Origin: Octopus sinensis
Lineage: Eukaryota
Assembly: GCF_006345805.1 (NCBI RefSeq)
Contig: NC_042998.1
Coordinates: 37,820,001-37,884,000 of the forward strand
Reading direction: 5' to 3'
DNA length: 64,000 bases
Both the position numbers and the translations under genes were made by a program. Positions 11,590 through 25,795 of this stretch are shown here, one piece after another; within the stretch, counting starts at the first letter, position 1, and each line of letters opens with the position of its first letter. The notes beneath the pieces were generated by a model, which had not been told where the DNA came from, made no database searches, and saw only the letters and a program-made list of their open reading frames with translations.

Positions 11590-12832
11590 GAGAGAGCAAG
11601 TGAAATGATAATTAGAAGGTATGTGCTTTGAGACGGAGAGGGTAATAGGCAGGAATATATGAGAATGATAGACAAGCAAAAACACATCAGATCACTGTTT
11701 GGACAAACGAACCTTGTGTAGATTGAAAGGTAGACACAATAAACGAAGATAAACAGGAAAACTCCTAGAAAACTAGTTGCACATAAATTCGATGTATATA
11801 GGACAGAGTGAGGAACCTGGATGTCTTTCAAAGCTGATATAATGAAAGCAATTGTCTTCGTTTATTTTATTGAAGAATCATTTGTGTTCTTTTTATTCTT
11901 TTCTGGTGAGGATTTAGTGTTTATTGATCCAGGTAAGGAAGAATGTATGGGAAAAATAATAAACATGAAATGAAAGATAGAACGAACACGAAATCGTATT
12001 TGAAGGAGACCCCCCCCCCATATCCGAACACATAGAGTTACTGTGCAGGGTTTTTGTTTATGGATGTCTGTATGCATTCCTGCATGTCAGTGTTAGCGCC
12101 TCTGATGTAGATATGCAGAAGAAATGATATACGAAGGAATATAAAACGACAGAAAATCAAAGAGCGAAGAGGGCTGTACTTATACAAACACTTATGGAGT
12201 CGGGAACAGATAAATATATGAAATCAATAAACTCGATAGATAAAATGAGTGATAGAGGGAAGCGACCGAGTCGAGCCTGAAATTGATATGAAAGACTGGT
12301 AAATAAGAAATAAAAAAAAACAAACAACAATACAAATTGCAAAATCAACAACAAAATTATAAAATGAAAACAAAAGAAAAATACATCAATCACAAGCAAA
12401 ATATACTTTTGAAAATGGGAACAAATAAATAAAAATGTGGTGGTGGGGAAAAAAAGCAGAGCTAAGCAAAGACAACGTGGGAATGTCAACATGTGCAGGC
12501 GATAACGTGTGCCTAGGACAAGCAGGGTCGCTTAAGACGTCACACAAAACTGTACATGTGGCAGGAAATAAAATTAAAAAAAAAAGTGTCTAGCTTCATA
12601 AAAGTGTAATCGTCGACAAAGTGTGACGAAATAAACTGGTGCTGCTACCTAGGCCTCCATTCAGCCGCATGGTTCTGTGTTTTCCGAAAATTACGAAGCA
12701 AAATTCTGCTCAGCTTCATCGGATAGGCGCAGTCCAACAATTTTCAATGCCTGTCTATAATCTCTATTATTCTTTCTTTCTTTCTCTCTCTGTATGTGTG
12801 TGTGTGTGTGAGTATAAATATATGAGTATATA

Positions 12833-13248
12833 TATTTCTTTACTGTCCACAAGGGCTAAACACAGAGGGGACAAACAAGAACAGATAAAGGGATTAAGTC
12901 GATTACATCGACCCCAGTGCGAAACTGGTACTTAATTTATCGACCCCGAAAGGATGAAAGGCAAAGTCGACCTCGGCGGAATCTGAACTCAGAACGTAAC
13001 GACAGACAAAATACCTATTTCTTTACTACCCACAAGGGGCTAAACACAGAGAGGACGAACAAGGACAGACAAACGGATTAAGTCGATTATATCAAACCCA
13101 GTGCGTAACTGGTACCTATTTAATCGACCCCGAAAGAATGAAAGGCAAAGTCGACCTCGGCGGAATTTGAACTCAGAACGTAAAAAACAGGTGAAATACC
13201 GCTAAGCGAAATGCCCGACGTGTTAACGTTTCTGCCAGCTCGCCGCCT
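12833..13248 (-). mobile_element. SINE family B dimer (3' ~180 bp tandemly repeated behind one head)
   Basis: Two consecutive TATTTCTTTACT..CACAAGGG..CGACCCCGAAAG..GTCGACCTCGGCGGAAT units (~12833-13012 and ~13016-13248). Only one complete head, ending GCTCGCCGCCTT. Confidence 0.88.
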
Positions 13249-13402
13249 TATGAGTATAAATATATGAGTATATATTCATGTACATATGTGTATATATGAA
13301 TGGATGGATGTTTATATATACGCATACGCAAACATGCACACACACACACACACAGACGTTTATTTATGTACATATGTATGTGTGTGTGAATATATATATA
13401 TT

Positions 13403-13747
13403 ACTCTTTACTCTTTTACTTGTTTCAGTCATTTAGTCGAGCAAATCGACCCCGGGACTTATTCTTTGTAAGCCCAGTACTTATTCTATCGGTCTCTTTT
13501 GCCGAACCGCTAAGTGACGGGGACGTAAACACACCAGCATCGGTTGTCAAGTAATGCTAGGGGGAAAAACACAGACACACAAACATATATATATATATAC
13601 ATATATACGACAGGCTTCTTTCAGTTTCCGTCTACCAAATCCACTCACAAGGCAGAAGACACTTGCCCAATATGCCACGCAGTGGGACTGAACCCGGAAC
13701 CATGTGGCTGGTTAGCAAGCTACTTACCACACAGCCACTCCTGCGCC
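13403..13747 (-). mobile_element. SINE family A with small internal deletions
   Basis: Matches family A from tail to head. Confidence 0.9.
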
Positions 13748-13778
<31 letters not shown>

Positions 13779-14460
13779 TATATATATATTTATTCTTTTA
13801 CCTGTTTTAGCCCTAAGGCTGTGGTCATGCTGGGGCACCGCCAATGATATCACCTTTTCAATGGCCAATATCATTCTAGAGGATTTAGTGAAGGCGGGAG
13901 TTCGATACTGCTGCCCTCTTTTGAGTGCAGCGATATCGAACTCCCACCCCCATCAAAAGTATATGTGAGTGGGTGGACGAGGGTGTGTATACGCCGCCTA
14001 GAAAAGTACGTAAGAAGGTTATGTATGGGAAAAAAATTATATATTCCACAGAGTATTTGAGGATACTTTCTATAGAAACTGACGACTCCCATATTTCCTT
14101 TAATAATTTGGGTCAAGTGTCCGCACTGTCGAAGGCAACACTTAAAATGTGAAAGAACAAAATAAGTACCGACTTTCATAATAAACAGTGAAAAGCTGTG
14201 ACAAAATAAACTGGTGCTGCTTTGCCTACGTAAGACTCATATTTATATGTAATATAATATTATAAAGCTAACTTTCACTCACTTTAGTCTTACAGTAGGC
14301 TACTCAATTTTTTTCATTGTTGCTGACTGACCAGTTATCCATCCATCTATCTCTCCATCTATCTATCCTTCTACAAACCTATGTATGTACGTCACATTGT
14401 TTCTCTCCCCCTGCCAGTCACTCTTCCTTTCTATATATATACATGTATATACATGTATGT

Positions 14461-14842
14461 ATTCTTTTATTCTTTTACTTGTTTTAGTCGTTTGACTGCA
14501 GCCATGCTGGAGCATCTCTTTCAAAGGTTTTAGTCGAACAAATCGCCCCCCAGGACATTTTTTAAGCCTGGTACTAATTTTATCGATATTTTTCCGAACA
14601 ACTATGTTACGTGAACCTAAACACTCCACCTCAAACACACACGAAATAGATATATACCGATATATATATATATATATATACGACGGGCTTCTTTCAGTTT
14701 CCACCTACCAAATTTACTCACAAAGTATTGGCCGGCCCGTAGCTATAAAAGACACTTGGTCAAGGTGCAAAGTATTGCGGCTGAATCCAAAAAACCAAAT
14801 GGTTGGGAAGCAAGCTTCTTACCACACAACCACGACTCTGCC
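14461..14842 (-). mobile_element. SINE family A, older copy
   Basis: Diverged full-length match to family A. Confidence 0.85.
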
Positions 14843-15015
14843 TACATATATATATATATATATACATCTATACATAAATATATATACATATATGCGTTTA
14901 TATATTTGTGTTTGTATCTATCAAGCTATGTATATATACGTGAAGATTTGTATGTATTGTTTTATGTGTGTCTTCCCATGCATATAATTGGATTTCTAGA
15001 CATGCTTATATATAC

Positions 15016-15356
15016 TTAAATAGTGAACTTCTGGAAAGTTTTACAGATTTTTACAGTTCCAGTGATGGATTGGATCTGTAGTCTTCGAATTAGCTTTCTC
15101 CTTTCTGGTTTCGAGAAGCCTAATTTCTCAAGATTGGTAGTTAGGCAGTGTGCTACATATCCCAGGGCCCCAATGATTGCAGGTATAAACCTAAACTCGT
15201 AATAGTGGATAGAATAACTGCAGATTTCTCAATAGTTCAGCGTCGGTGTCCCCTTTTCAACAGATCATCGGCTTTATGTTAACATCTTCTGGGTAGCTAA
15301 TTTCCACAACTCTTCCCAGTTTCTCTCCCCTCTCTCAAATCATCATATCAATTTTA
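15016..15356 (-). mobile_element. 3' end of a restriction-like-endonuclease non-LTR retrotransposon (R4/HERO-like)
   Basis: Broken minus-strand translation ..VVEISYPEDVNI..ELLRNLQLFYP....G.LGYVAHCLTTNLEKLGFSKPERRKLIRRLQIQSITGTVKICKTFQKFTI* matches the typical C-terminus of an RLE domain. Confidence 0.7.
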
Positions 15357-18300
15357 TTGTGTTTACATTTTATAGAAGTGTGTATGTATGTATGCATGCA
15401 TATCCATGCAGATTTACTGGCTCGAGAAATGCATAGCAACGACGAAAATGAAATGATACATGTCCTGACATTAACAATATTTGGTAATGGTCATTCACAT
15501 GGCACAGTTAGACAACGACCATCTTTTATTTTCCCATAAACAGTCTGGTCCAAGTGTTTCGATGCCTCCTTACCGATGGAGTGGTAATGGTGCCCAGGTA
15601 ATGTTCAAACTTTACTAAACTAACAGTCGTGGATTGACTCCAACAAAAGCCTTATTTTACTTCTTCCAGTTTCACATGATTATCGACCTTTATATTATTT
15701 TCAAATTGGCAAAGAAAACAACCAATTTTGAGGTAGGATGAACCACCTACCGCCCTCAATGGATGACCTAGAACGACCAAGCTCTAGGTTTATTCTCCTC
15801 TCCTTATAATTTATGCAATTTAGCAATGATATCGAGAATTTAGCTGCGTTGTAGAACTCCAAAACCTGACAATCTCACAATGAAATGAAACAAGAGTTAA
15901 TAGGGAAAATTTTGCAATTTTCAAATACTTGTATTTAGATAAAAGTAAAAAGTGAGATCAAAAGTTGTCTGGACGAGAATGAATAAAGAATATTGTGACC
16001 CCAAAAAGAAGATTTCACATGTCAGTGGCACGAAAGCTGACAGTACCGTCAATAAATCTGTGTCATGTATAAGATATGACTATTTGGTCCTTGGTTGAAG
16101 AGTGACTAGCTGAATACTTTGAAGTGTAATACGAGAAAGCTATTGAAGAAAAGTCTGATTCGTAACGAAAGTACATCACGAAACAAAGTGTTTGTATAGT
16201 TTGGACATTTGAGAACAATAAAAGACGCAGAAGTTAATTTTGCTCTTTATCAATTCGCAAATGTTCCTGATCGTTATCTTTTATGAAAGAAAAAAATAAT
16301 AAATGTTGGGTCAGCACAATCATCATTCAACTTGATTAATCAAATGCAGTACAGCTTCGCTAAAATATTAAGTTCGGGAGATGAGGAGTCCACACAAAAT
16401 TCTGTCCTACACGGATTCCAGAAGTTCAAACAGATAGAGTAACAAATGCTGATACTTTAAGTTAAATGCCTCCGCAAGAGGACTTCATTTTTGCAAAAAG
16501 AAAAGTACTAAAAAAACTGCGCTTTAGGATCGAAAACGTATATTCCTGATTATAGAATGAGAATCTTAACCACTCAGCTATTGCACCAGAGTTCTCTACT
16601 GATGAATACTCTCGCCAGGTGGCGTAACAATTAAGAAGAATAAGTCAGAAATATTTTAGTTCTGTTGCGACTTGAAGTGAAAATGTCAGGTGTCAGCAGA
16701 TTTGTCAAATATAATAAAGTAAATGTTGCGTGTGACTGTGTCAGCGTAGGAAAGTGAGTCTACTAATGTGTCAGTCAGTTTGTATGCGTGTATGTTTGTT
16801 GTGAATGTATGTACGTATATGTATTTGTATGTGCGTGTATGCGTGTATATATATATATATATAATATATATATATATATACACATACATATATACATTTA
16901 CACACTTGTATACATGTATATTTACTTAAATATGTATGCTTGCGTATAAATGTATATATACACACATATCCAGCTATAATGATTATAACTTCATCTTATC
17001 ATATGATAGCCGTCTCATTATTGTGACATACGCTTTCAGGACACATATATCAGACCCGTATATCGACAGTTAAATATCCTGTGACAAGCTAAGGCGAGAT
17101 GGCCGGAAACACTCTCAACCACGGGTCTTACACTGTGAGCTTTCTTCTAGTCTTTTTATTAATAAGTACAAGAATTATTTAACACAAGGGCTGGAGTCGA
17201 TTTCTTCGACTAGAAACTCTTCAAGGGCGTATCCCAGCATGGCATTAGTTCAAGAACTGAAACAGGTAAAATGTAAAAGGTAAGCAATTGTTCAGTCGAA
17301 ATGGAATGGGTAATCTGATGAGACGATTCCTCAACATTGAATTGAATTGAACATACTTTTGTTTAAAGGTGACGTACATCACAATAAAAGTATTTACGAT
17401 TGAATTTCCAGTGACAATCGGGAGTAAGATTAGCATAAACCTTTTTAGCTGCAGATTTTACTTGAAAGTGCTTTTAGTAGACTTTTCAAATCAAAGGATT
17501 CTCACAACTCAGTGAGGGCGTTGATTTTAGAGTTTTTATTCTCCAAGGAATCATACTGTGCGCCCATTACAGATAAACGCCAGCATAATTTTTGACAACC
17601 TGCGCAAAAGTATAACCATACATACATTGCAGTATAGTTATATGAATTTTTCCTTCAGTTAGGTATTTAGTTAGCTAAAGTGAAAATGCTACTATCAACC
17701 TATAAGTCGTGCAATGTTGCACCAAACCAGGTCAGTGCCTGGCAGAGGATAACTCATGTTTTTCCACAGATAGGTAAACACTTAGTGCTACCCAACGGGC
17801 TGAACAACGAGACACAGCATGAGACAAGACTGATCCGTTGCTAAAACCCAACCGACTGGTTTCCTTCTATTTAACGCCGAATCTGTTTTACTTCCACGAT
17901 TTGGGTCGATCTGAGACATCAACATAGGAAGTGAACTTATTACACATGTAGCAAAACCTACGTACAGAGATTTATTTATATAATATATAAGTGTAGTATA
18001 AAAATCTACATAATGATTGCATGTTTATGTGTGTCTACACACACATACACACGCATGCGTGTATGCATGCATACACGCACACATACATCATATAGTTCGC
18101 TTGTGAAAGCAACTGGCAATAGCGAATCCAGTACAACCTGCTGCAGGGTCGGGTTGTCGCTGACTAAAATGGTAACTCCACTAAGCTTGCTTATTTAGGA
18201 GAGTGGTCTCTGCAGGACAAAAAGAAACACACAACCAGTCAAAGGCACGGATGAGCTCATTAAAATCGATGGTTGTCTAATACTTGGTCCTGCTGTTTCT

Positions 18301-18513
18301 CGTAGACAGCGGTAGTTCTTGCAGTCATTATCGACAAACTGCTGACTGATGCAGAAAACACAGCGGCTGCGCCGAGGATTGACTTATTTTCAACAATGGA
18401 GAGGCACGACAGGTTCAGTCAACGGAGAACTACGAACATGTGAGAGCAGGGGTGGTGTAGCATATTACTGGGAGTGAGTGACCCCTAATCTGTGTTAGGA
18501 GTTCGCTTTAGTA

Positions 18514-18779
18514 TAGTGGTTCTGAATCGGGGTTAATATAAGATTTTTGGGACTACGCAACCGAGATAGTAAACTGAGTACCCACAGCAGAGATCCAAGG
18601 GATCATTTACCCTTTATTTATCACAAAAATCTACAAAATTTCTACGTCTATCATTAATGTATGAACATCAAAATAGGAAACTAGTTTTTAAACATCGAAT
18701 GGCTGTGGTGGGTGGGGCTCCATTGGAGTAAAATATCAAGCAAAGGGGTCCATAGGCAACAAATGGTTGACAACAACTG
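18514..18779. mobile_element. hAT-derived MITE
   Basis: Termini TAGTGGTTCTGAA and TTGACAACAACTG, with subterminal GGGGTCCATA motifs. Related copies at 24578, 36258 and 41438. Confidence 0.7.
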
Positions 18780-19027
18780 CTCTTGGAGGAGAAAATCTTT
18801 GATGTAAAACCTGCAACTCAAAGGCAGCCAAAGATGTGTGACCAGCTCCTTTTTAGGGGTGTCTGTCATCGTTGTTCAGGGAGTGAGAGTGTTTGTGTGC
18901 AAGCCCCCACTCCTTACTTTATAAAGAAGCATACACAAGCATCGTTTGACGTATCTGCATTTTTTTAAAGACTTTTCTCGCTGCATTGCGTGTTCGATTC
19001 TCTTTTTTCCATCTGTGATTTTATTTT

Positions 19028-19276
19028 TGATCTATATAAATGAAGATATTTCCTCCGCCTGGCTGCCTCTCTCTCTAAAAACGGAACGTTACATTGCGGA
19101 ACAGTCATTTTAACGAGTTGTATTAATTTATCACCCGAGGAGATACATCTGCCCCACCGGATGCTCCTGAACCAGTTGTTGAGTGTCCCACCCATAAGGA
19201 ATCAATGCTAGATGCATCGAAACAATTGTCGTGATTAACAATAAATTCTCGTATATTCTATCTTCAATTTTTCATT

Positions 19277-19279
<3 letters not shown>
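19028..19279 (+). repeat. Single arm of the fold-back element at 43641-44091 (Penelope-like pLTR, hammerhead-like 3' half)
   Basis: Aligns with 43838-44090 and contains AATGC-TAGAT-GCATC-GAAAC-AATT-GTC-GTG at 19204-19233. Confidence 0.75.
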
Positions 19280-19320
<41 letters not shown>

Positions 19321-19390
19321 AGAGAGAGCTGCTTACTCGTTCTCGAGTATAGGATAACGACCCAGGTACACCAAGCGATACGTTTATGCA

Positions 19391-19445
<55 letters not shown>

Positions 19446-19681
19446 TACACGGATACATATATATGTGTGTGTGCATACTTGTTATATACGCACTGACACA
19501 CAACTCTTTATTTATAGGAATGTTGCCAACAGATCAATAGTCAGACAGTCATGTTTGAGATGATACATAATGTTATCGCCCTTTCTTCAGATAACATGCT
19601 CTAGAAAAAAAAATAGAAAAAAATCTTTATAAATTTATATAAGATGTGGTCATTTTAAACTCAAGAATGAACAAAGTATGA

Positions 19682-19725
<44 letters not shown>

Positions 19726-19729
<4 letters not shown>

Positions 19730-19915
19730 AATACAAAAAAATGAGACAAGAACGCAAAACATCCAGACAACTAGGTGATACCAAAAAGCGAAAACAAAAC
19801 ATCGAGACAGATGACACAAAAAGGGACAAGAAAAAACAAGGACGGGTCATTCGGGGTTTTCTTTCCTCAGTCGAGTTCCAGATTATCTTTGCAATTTCGG
19901 TTGTTTATACTCGAT
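19726..19915 (-). repeat. Interspersed repeat (probable Penelope-like pLTR) shared with 25068-25240
   Basis: GTCATTCGGGGTTTTCTTTCCTCAGTCGAGTTCCAGATTAT.TTTGCAATTTCGGTTG.TTATACTCGA is near-identical at both loci. It sits next to (TA)n. Confidence 0.7.
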
Positions 19916-21522
19916 GTCTAAACGTACTTTAGATCATTCTCTCTCATATATATATATATACAAGAACGCGTGCGTGTATGTGAACAAGGAATATGATTTC
20001 ATTATTTTGTAGTTCCAGACTTAGAGAATAAATTGTTTATTTAATTTTTTTGGTTTCCAAAATGAAATGTATATGACTGCAAGATATCTGCATAGAAAAC
20101 TAAGAGTACTATGAATGTAATAAACGTTTTTATAGTTAGTATAATACAAGAATCTAATTTATTGCCTACTTTGTAAAATTTTATATGAGATTTAACATTA
20201 ATGAGAGCTTACACGGGACTTCCACCGAACAATAATGCTTGATATGAAGGTGCAATCTTGTCACAGACATTATTATCGATGACCAAATGTGAAATGTAGA
20301 TTTAAAATTAAAAAAAAACAGTATGTTCTAACGAAATGTTTGCCAATGTTAAATGTGTCTTTGTTCCACAGAAGATTACCCCTTACGTCTATTTCTCACA
20401 AATCTAAAAGCTTCTATGAAATTATCACACCAATGATTGCAGCAAAGAACTATTCGTGATGGGAGATGAACATCCCTGACGCTCTGCCTGTGATGTTGTG
20501 TCTTCATACTGATGTGTGTTTATGTGTATATAGTAAAAGACTTGGCCCCGCTTCATTGTCAGGGAGCGAGAATGAGTGAGTGGACGGTACATATACACTC
20601 ACCTTCACACACACGCACTTAAATACACACTACTACACACACACGCACGCACACAAACAAATACACGCAGTGGTAGTCAAGAGAGAAACTCTAGTACTTA
20701 CGAAAGTGACGACGGTGGGGCGAGCAGTGAGAAACGTGTGTATACAGACGGAATCCGTTCGCATATTAGCATCTAACAGCTTTCTTTCAATTGTTGCTGT
20801 TATAAGCAAACTGGAGATGTACGTCCAACTGACAAATGCTTCAGAGTAAATGCTGCCAGGTTCAAAAATATGCTGAACTAATTAAATCGCTAAAGAGATC
20901 CAGAAATGAATTGATAGGAGCAGAGGAGAGAAAATAATAAGGAAATCTATCAAGATCTCCACCCACGTTGCCAGGCACTGAGCGTGATAAAAACAGAGAG
21001 AAAGAGAGAGAGAGGATGCCAGGGACTCAGAGTAAAAACGAAAACAGTTGAGTTGGCACTTAATTCTAGAACACAGTAACAGAAAGCAACAGAATAATTC
21101 CTAAACAGAGAGATGGAATTCAGTCATAGCTTCAGCTGAGATTGAAGAATTCAATTTTTAGAAAATTTCTTAAAAGGAAGCACAATAACAAACAGAAGGT
21201 TGATATCAGAAAAGGAAGGAAAATGGGTAATTTTTTTTTTTTTTTCTTAATACTATTTTGCTTAGAAAAATGTGATAAAGTTTGTAAAAGATCACAGAAG
21301 TTGACGGAGCGTTTAAAACGAAAAGAAATTTAATTTTACCGGAGAATCAAAACGTTTTGCAGATAAGTCGAATCAAATGAAATTCTTAATCCCAGCGTTA
21401 AACAAATTGTGCAGAAATAAGATTATTTTTGGCGGAGAAGACTAAAACTACACACACACACACACTAATGAATATACAAGTACCTCTGCCTTAGTGTGCG
21501 CGTGTGTGTGTGTGTGTGTGTA

Positions 21523-21553
<31 letters not shown>

Positions 21554-21979
21554 TGTGTGTGGTGTGTGTGTGCGTGCGTGCGTGTGTGGTTAAATTTGTT
21601 TATGTACCTATGAGATTATCATGTTTGTCGCATAAAACTTCAACGCTAAGCAACAATGATTACCGTAGGATCTGCTGTATCAGCAATCATACAAATAAAG
21701 AACATCAGAAGCTCACTGACATTTTGCTATTAACAGTGTCAGTTCAAGTTCTCAAGAGAAACGTCTAAGCGATCCGGTTTCAATTCCATCAATAAATATC
21801 TTTCTATTTTACTGGGGGTTTTTTGTTGTTTTTTTCACTTAATAAATGAAAGCCATCTATCTTTATTACAATTGATTAATTTCGTTCAACCCATTACAAG
21901 AAGGAAAATTATGATTAACTGCATATCGATCAACCTTGTTATCAGCTTCGCCTTTTGGTAAATAAAGAAACGTTTATTA

Positions 21980-22290
21980 TTAGGGTGCAAAATTCCACCG
22001 AGTTCGACTTTGCATTTCATCCTTTCGGGGTCAATGAAATAAATACCAGCGAAGTACGGAAGGGAGGAATGTAATCGACCAGCCAAATCCTAAATACCAG
22101 GACTTTTGATTATAATAGAAAGAGTTATTAAGATTTTGTTTAAGGCAGCGAGAACGGCTTTACTTTCTGAGTTCAAATTTCGCCGAGGTCAACTTAGCCT
22201 ATCATCTTTTCAGGATCGACAAAATAAGTACCAGATAAGTGCTAATGCCGATAGAATCAAATCCCCGCTCCCCCCTCACAACTTTTGACC
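21980..22290 (+). mobile_element. Two decayed SINE family B fragments
   Basis: AATTCCACCGAG.TCGACTTTGCATTTCATCCTTTCGGGGTC and TTCTGAGTTCAAATTTCGCCGAGGTCAAC motifs. Confidence 0.7.
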
Positions 22291-24577
22291 TCATCGTCAC
22301 CATCATCAATACCAACTTCTAATAGAACGATTCCAGTAACTGGCAAAATGATCTGTGGAATTTAATTACAGCCCTTTCGATTTTAAGTTTAAATCCAGCC
22401 AATGACGACTTTACTCCTCTTTTTAGGATCGTTAAAAGAAACTATCCTCCACGCACAGTGGTCAGTTGAAGGGTCGGTCATTTTACCTTGTACCCATGTT
22501 GCGACTGTACCTGAAATAGCTTTCCTTACCTTTCAATAGGATTCAGTATTCAGACGATGTTGCAATATCCTAATGTTTAATCTATATATTATGACACGAT
22601 CGCCGTCGCTTAGTATTACGTTATCGTCTTCTCAAAGCTATTGGAGTCGTAAGCACTGATCTTGTGAATATTTGAGTTTGGAGGAATAACAGTAGCTCAA
22701 CTGTGCGTAAATATTTTAATAATGCAAATATGGAATAGATATTTTTTAAACAGTTTCCAAGGAGACAAACAAAAATGGTGATAGGTCTCTTTTTCTGATA
22801 TCGAACATGATTAAATCCGAAGTGTTATGCCATCTAAAATTTAGAGAAGCTCTTTTTCAGCAAACGTATTAATGGGAATTCAACTTTACAAGCATTTTGT
22901 TGTTTCTCGACATGACACTGATCCTCCAGGTGCCTCAGTTGGTTTACCTAAAAATAATAGAGAACAGATCTTCCGGGAGCATTCCCTCATAAATAAAGAG
23001 TTAAAAGAAGTCGCTCTGTCGTAATTATCCCCAATGACAAATCCTATATATAGGTACAGAATGAACACGGAAAAGCGGTTAAACTTTTATTTTCTTAGAA
23101 ATACATTTAATGCTCCGTTATGGACCGGAGGACATTCGTTCGTCGCAACCTGAAGCTTGTAAAATAAGATTTTGGGAGCTAATATTTTAAAGTGACTTTG
23201 AACGAGATCATTTGTTTTCTATTTACACTTTCGGGGAAGAAAATAAATATATTGCATGAAAATCGTGCTTTTTGTTACCTCTGAAAGCAAAAGCGGAAAG
23301 AGGGGTGGAGGGGATAGAAAGGGAGGGCGGGTTAGAGAGGAGGAGAGGGAGGTGCATTTCATACCTTTCTTCGAAAGCAAGAAACAAGGCGTAAATATTA
23401 GGCAACCGAACCTCAGGTTCGGTCACATAACTGTGATATATTTGATTAAGTGACCATCGCTCGTCAACCACTCCAGCTTAATTTACAGAAACCGAAAGAA
23501 CAGCAAGGTCTGGCACAGCCTGAACAAAGAACGGAAAACTAAAATTATAAACAGCATTGAACAATTACAGTGGCACCAAGTTGACAAAGAAAAAAAGTAA
23601 CGGGTAGATGGGAAAAGAAAGAGGAAATAAGAAAAAGAAAAATGAATTTAAAGAAAGTTGAAGAAAAATAAGGAGGAATGCTTCGAAAGAAATGCAGAAA
23701 AAAGAAGTAATTAAAGAAGAATAAGATGAAGAAGAAAGCGTGCAACAAGAAGACTGCGTGTGCGTGTGTGTCAGTGTCCCGTGCGTGTGTGTGTGGGGGG
23801 GGGCGCTTCTGTGTGTCTATATCTTTGTGTGTATGTGTGCTTTGTTTATGTTTAGGTGTGTGTATTGGATGTCTGTGGAGAGTGTCTGTATTGGTTTGCT
23901 TACGCATGCGTTTGACTGTTGTGTGTGCGTGTGTGTGTCAAAAGTGATTGTCAGAGAGAGAGAGAGAGAGAGAGTGTGCGTGTGTGCGTGTGCGTGTGTG
24001 TGTGGTGTGTGTGTGTGTGTGTGCCGTTAGTGGAAAACTAAGGAACCTCGTTAATTATATCGTAGTGTCACAGCTTACAGCTCTGAACTTTAACTACTCA
24101 ACGTATCTATTTACACTGGACAAGATAGATGGTCTGCGCCGGTGCAGGTTCATACTCTCTAGTACAGGCAGCGGGCAACGTTTGTGTCTGGATACGAAAT
24201 GGAACAGCAACTGGTGCCAAGAACTAAAAACCAGAGGTCGATGTAAAAGAGAAGAGGTTTAACTCATCGATTTGTGATTGGGTCATTAAGGTACATCGTG
24301 CGAATGTGTAGCGTATGCTTATCATTCTACAAATGTCTTGGCGGAGGTTGATGTATTTAATAAATACTTAGCATTAAAAGTAACCGTGTCTATTTGTGTG
24401 TGTCTGGACTGTAGTTTTTTTTTTTTTTTTTTTGTTTCTTTTCTTATAGAATAAATTGACCTTCACAGAAGAGATGTGATTGTATTGATCCCGAATAATT
24501 ACTTGTAGAAGTTATATTCATTGGCGAGATGAGAGAGCAAAGACAACTTCGGTAGGATCAGAACTCAGCATGTGGTG

Positions 24578-24846
24578 TAGTGGTTCCAGACCAATTTTTT
24601 TACCAAATGGATCCCCGCCCCGCCTCCCTTGATTTTTATTTTACTCGGGTGAACCCTCATAGCCATTTGATGTTTGAAAGAATCACATGTCAATAATTAA
24701 ATGTCATTAGGTATTGTATATTTTCTGTATTGTAGAAGTATAAGCCATCTATTGCACAGAAAATTTAATACCAAAATTTCATGTTGTCCCCCAAGGGGGT
24801 CATGTGGAACCCCAAAGGTCATATGGAGCCCAAATGAGAACCATTG
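24578..24846. mobile_element. hAT-derived MITE
   Basis: Termini TAGTGGTTCC and GAGAACCATTG followed by CTCTAGAG (Charlie-type NTCTAGAN target), with GGGGTC.ATG/ATGGA.CCC subterminal motifs. Confidence 0.7.
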
Positions 24847-24967
24847 CTCTAGAGGAATAAAATATGATAATGATATGTATAAGAAGGATATCCCAGAGTA
24901 AATTAACTGCGATACATACTTGGTCTTTATATTGTCGAACTCGTGATAAGGGAAGGAACTGCACAGG

Positions 24968-25067
24968 NNNNNNNNNNNNNNNNNNNNNNNNNNNNNNNNN
25001 NNNNNNNNNNNNNNNNNNNNNNNNNNNNNNNNNNNNNNNNNNNNNNNNNNNNNNNNNNNNNNNNNNN
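24968..25067. other. Assembly gap (100 N)
   Basis: A run of exactly 100 N, the usual placeholder for a gap of unknown length. Confidence 0.99.
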
Positions 25068-25538
25068 GGACAAGAATACACAAGGATGAGTCATTCGGGG
25101 TTTTCTTTCCTCAGTCGAGTTCCAGATTATTTTTGCAATTTCGGTTGGTTATACTCGAGATTGCTCCAATTTGGCCAGCCCCAAGAAAAAAAATTGAGCT
25201 AAAAGCACTAGATTCCTTGGAAGAAAGCAGCGAATGCATACGAAAACAAGGGCGGAAAAATAAAAAGGGAGAAATGGTACACAAATACACACACACACAC
25301 ACACATAGATATGTGTGCGTGTGTGCGAATGATCGAAGTGCAAACTTTTATATACGTGGGCGCAAGGCATCGCCGTGCGATTAAAGTCGCCAGTTTCCTA
25401 TCGACGAAATCACGGATTCAATCTCACTGCGTGGCAACACTAGCTTCTGCTATAACCCCGAGCCGACAGTAAGAAGCGTAGGGAAAAAAACCTATAGGGG
25501 AACCTGTCATACACACACACATATATATATATATGTAT

Positions 25539-25760
25539 ACTCTTACTCTTTTTTACTCTTTTACTTGTTTCAGTCATTTGACTGCAGCCATGCTGGAGCA
25601 CCACCTTTAATCGAGCAACTCGACCCCGGTACTTATTCTTTGTAAGCCCAGTAGTACTTATTCTATCGGTCTCTTTTTGCCGAACCGCTAAGTGACGGGG
25701 ACATAAACACACCAGCATCGGTTGTCAAGCAATGCTAGGGGGACAAACACAGATACACAA

Positions 25761-25795
<35 letters not shown>

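Noticed and set aside
16598-17325. Isolated CTGATGA words (~16599, ~17314) as hammerhead cores or snoRNA boxes
   Set aside because: No appropriately placed GAAA..UH or flanking stems were found.
23405-23423. 8-bp perfect hairpin ACCGAACC-TCA-GGTTCGGT
   Set aside because: It is too short to distinguish from chance in 64 kb, and has no supporting context.
24697-25202. ORFs spanning the N run
   Set aside because: They are artefacts of translating across an assembly gap.
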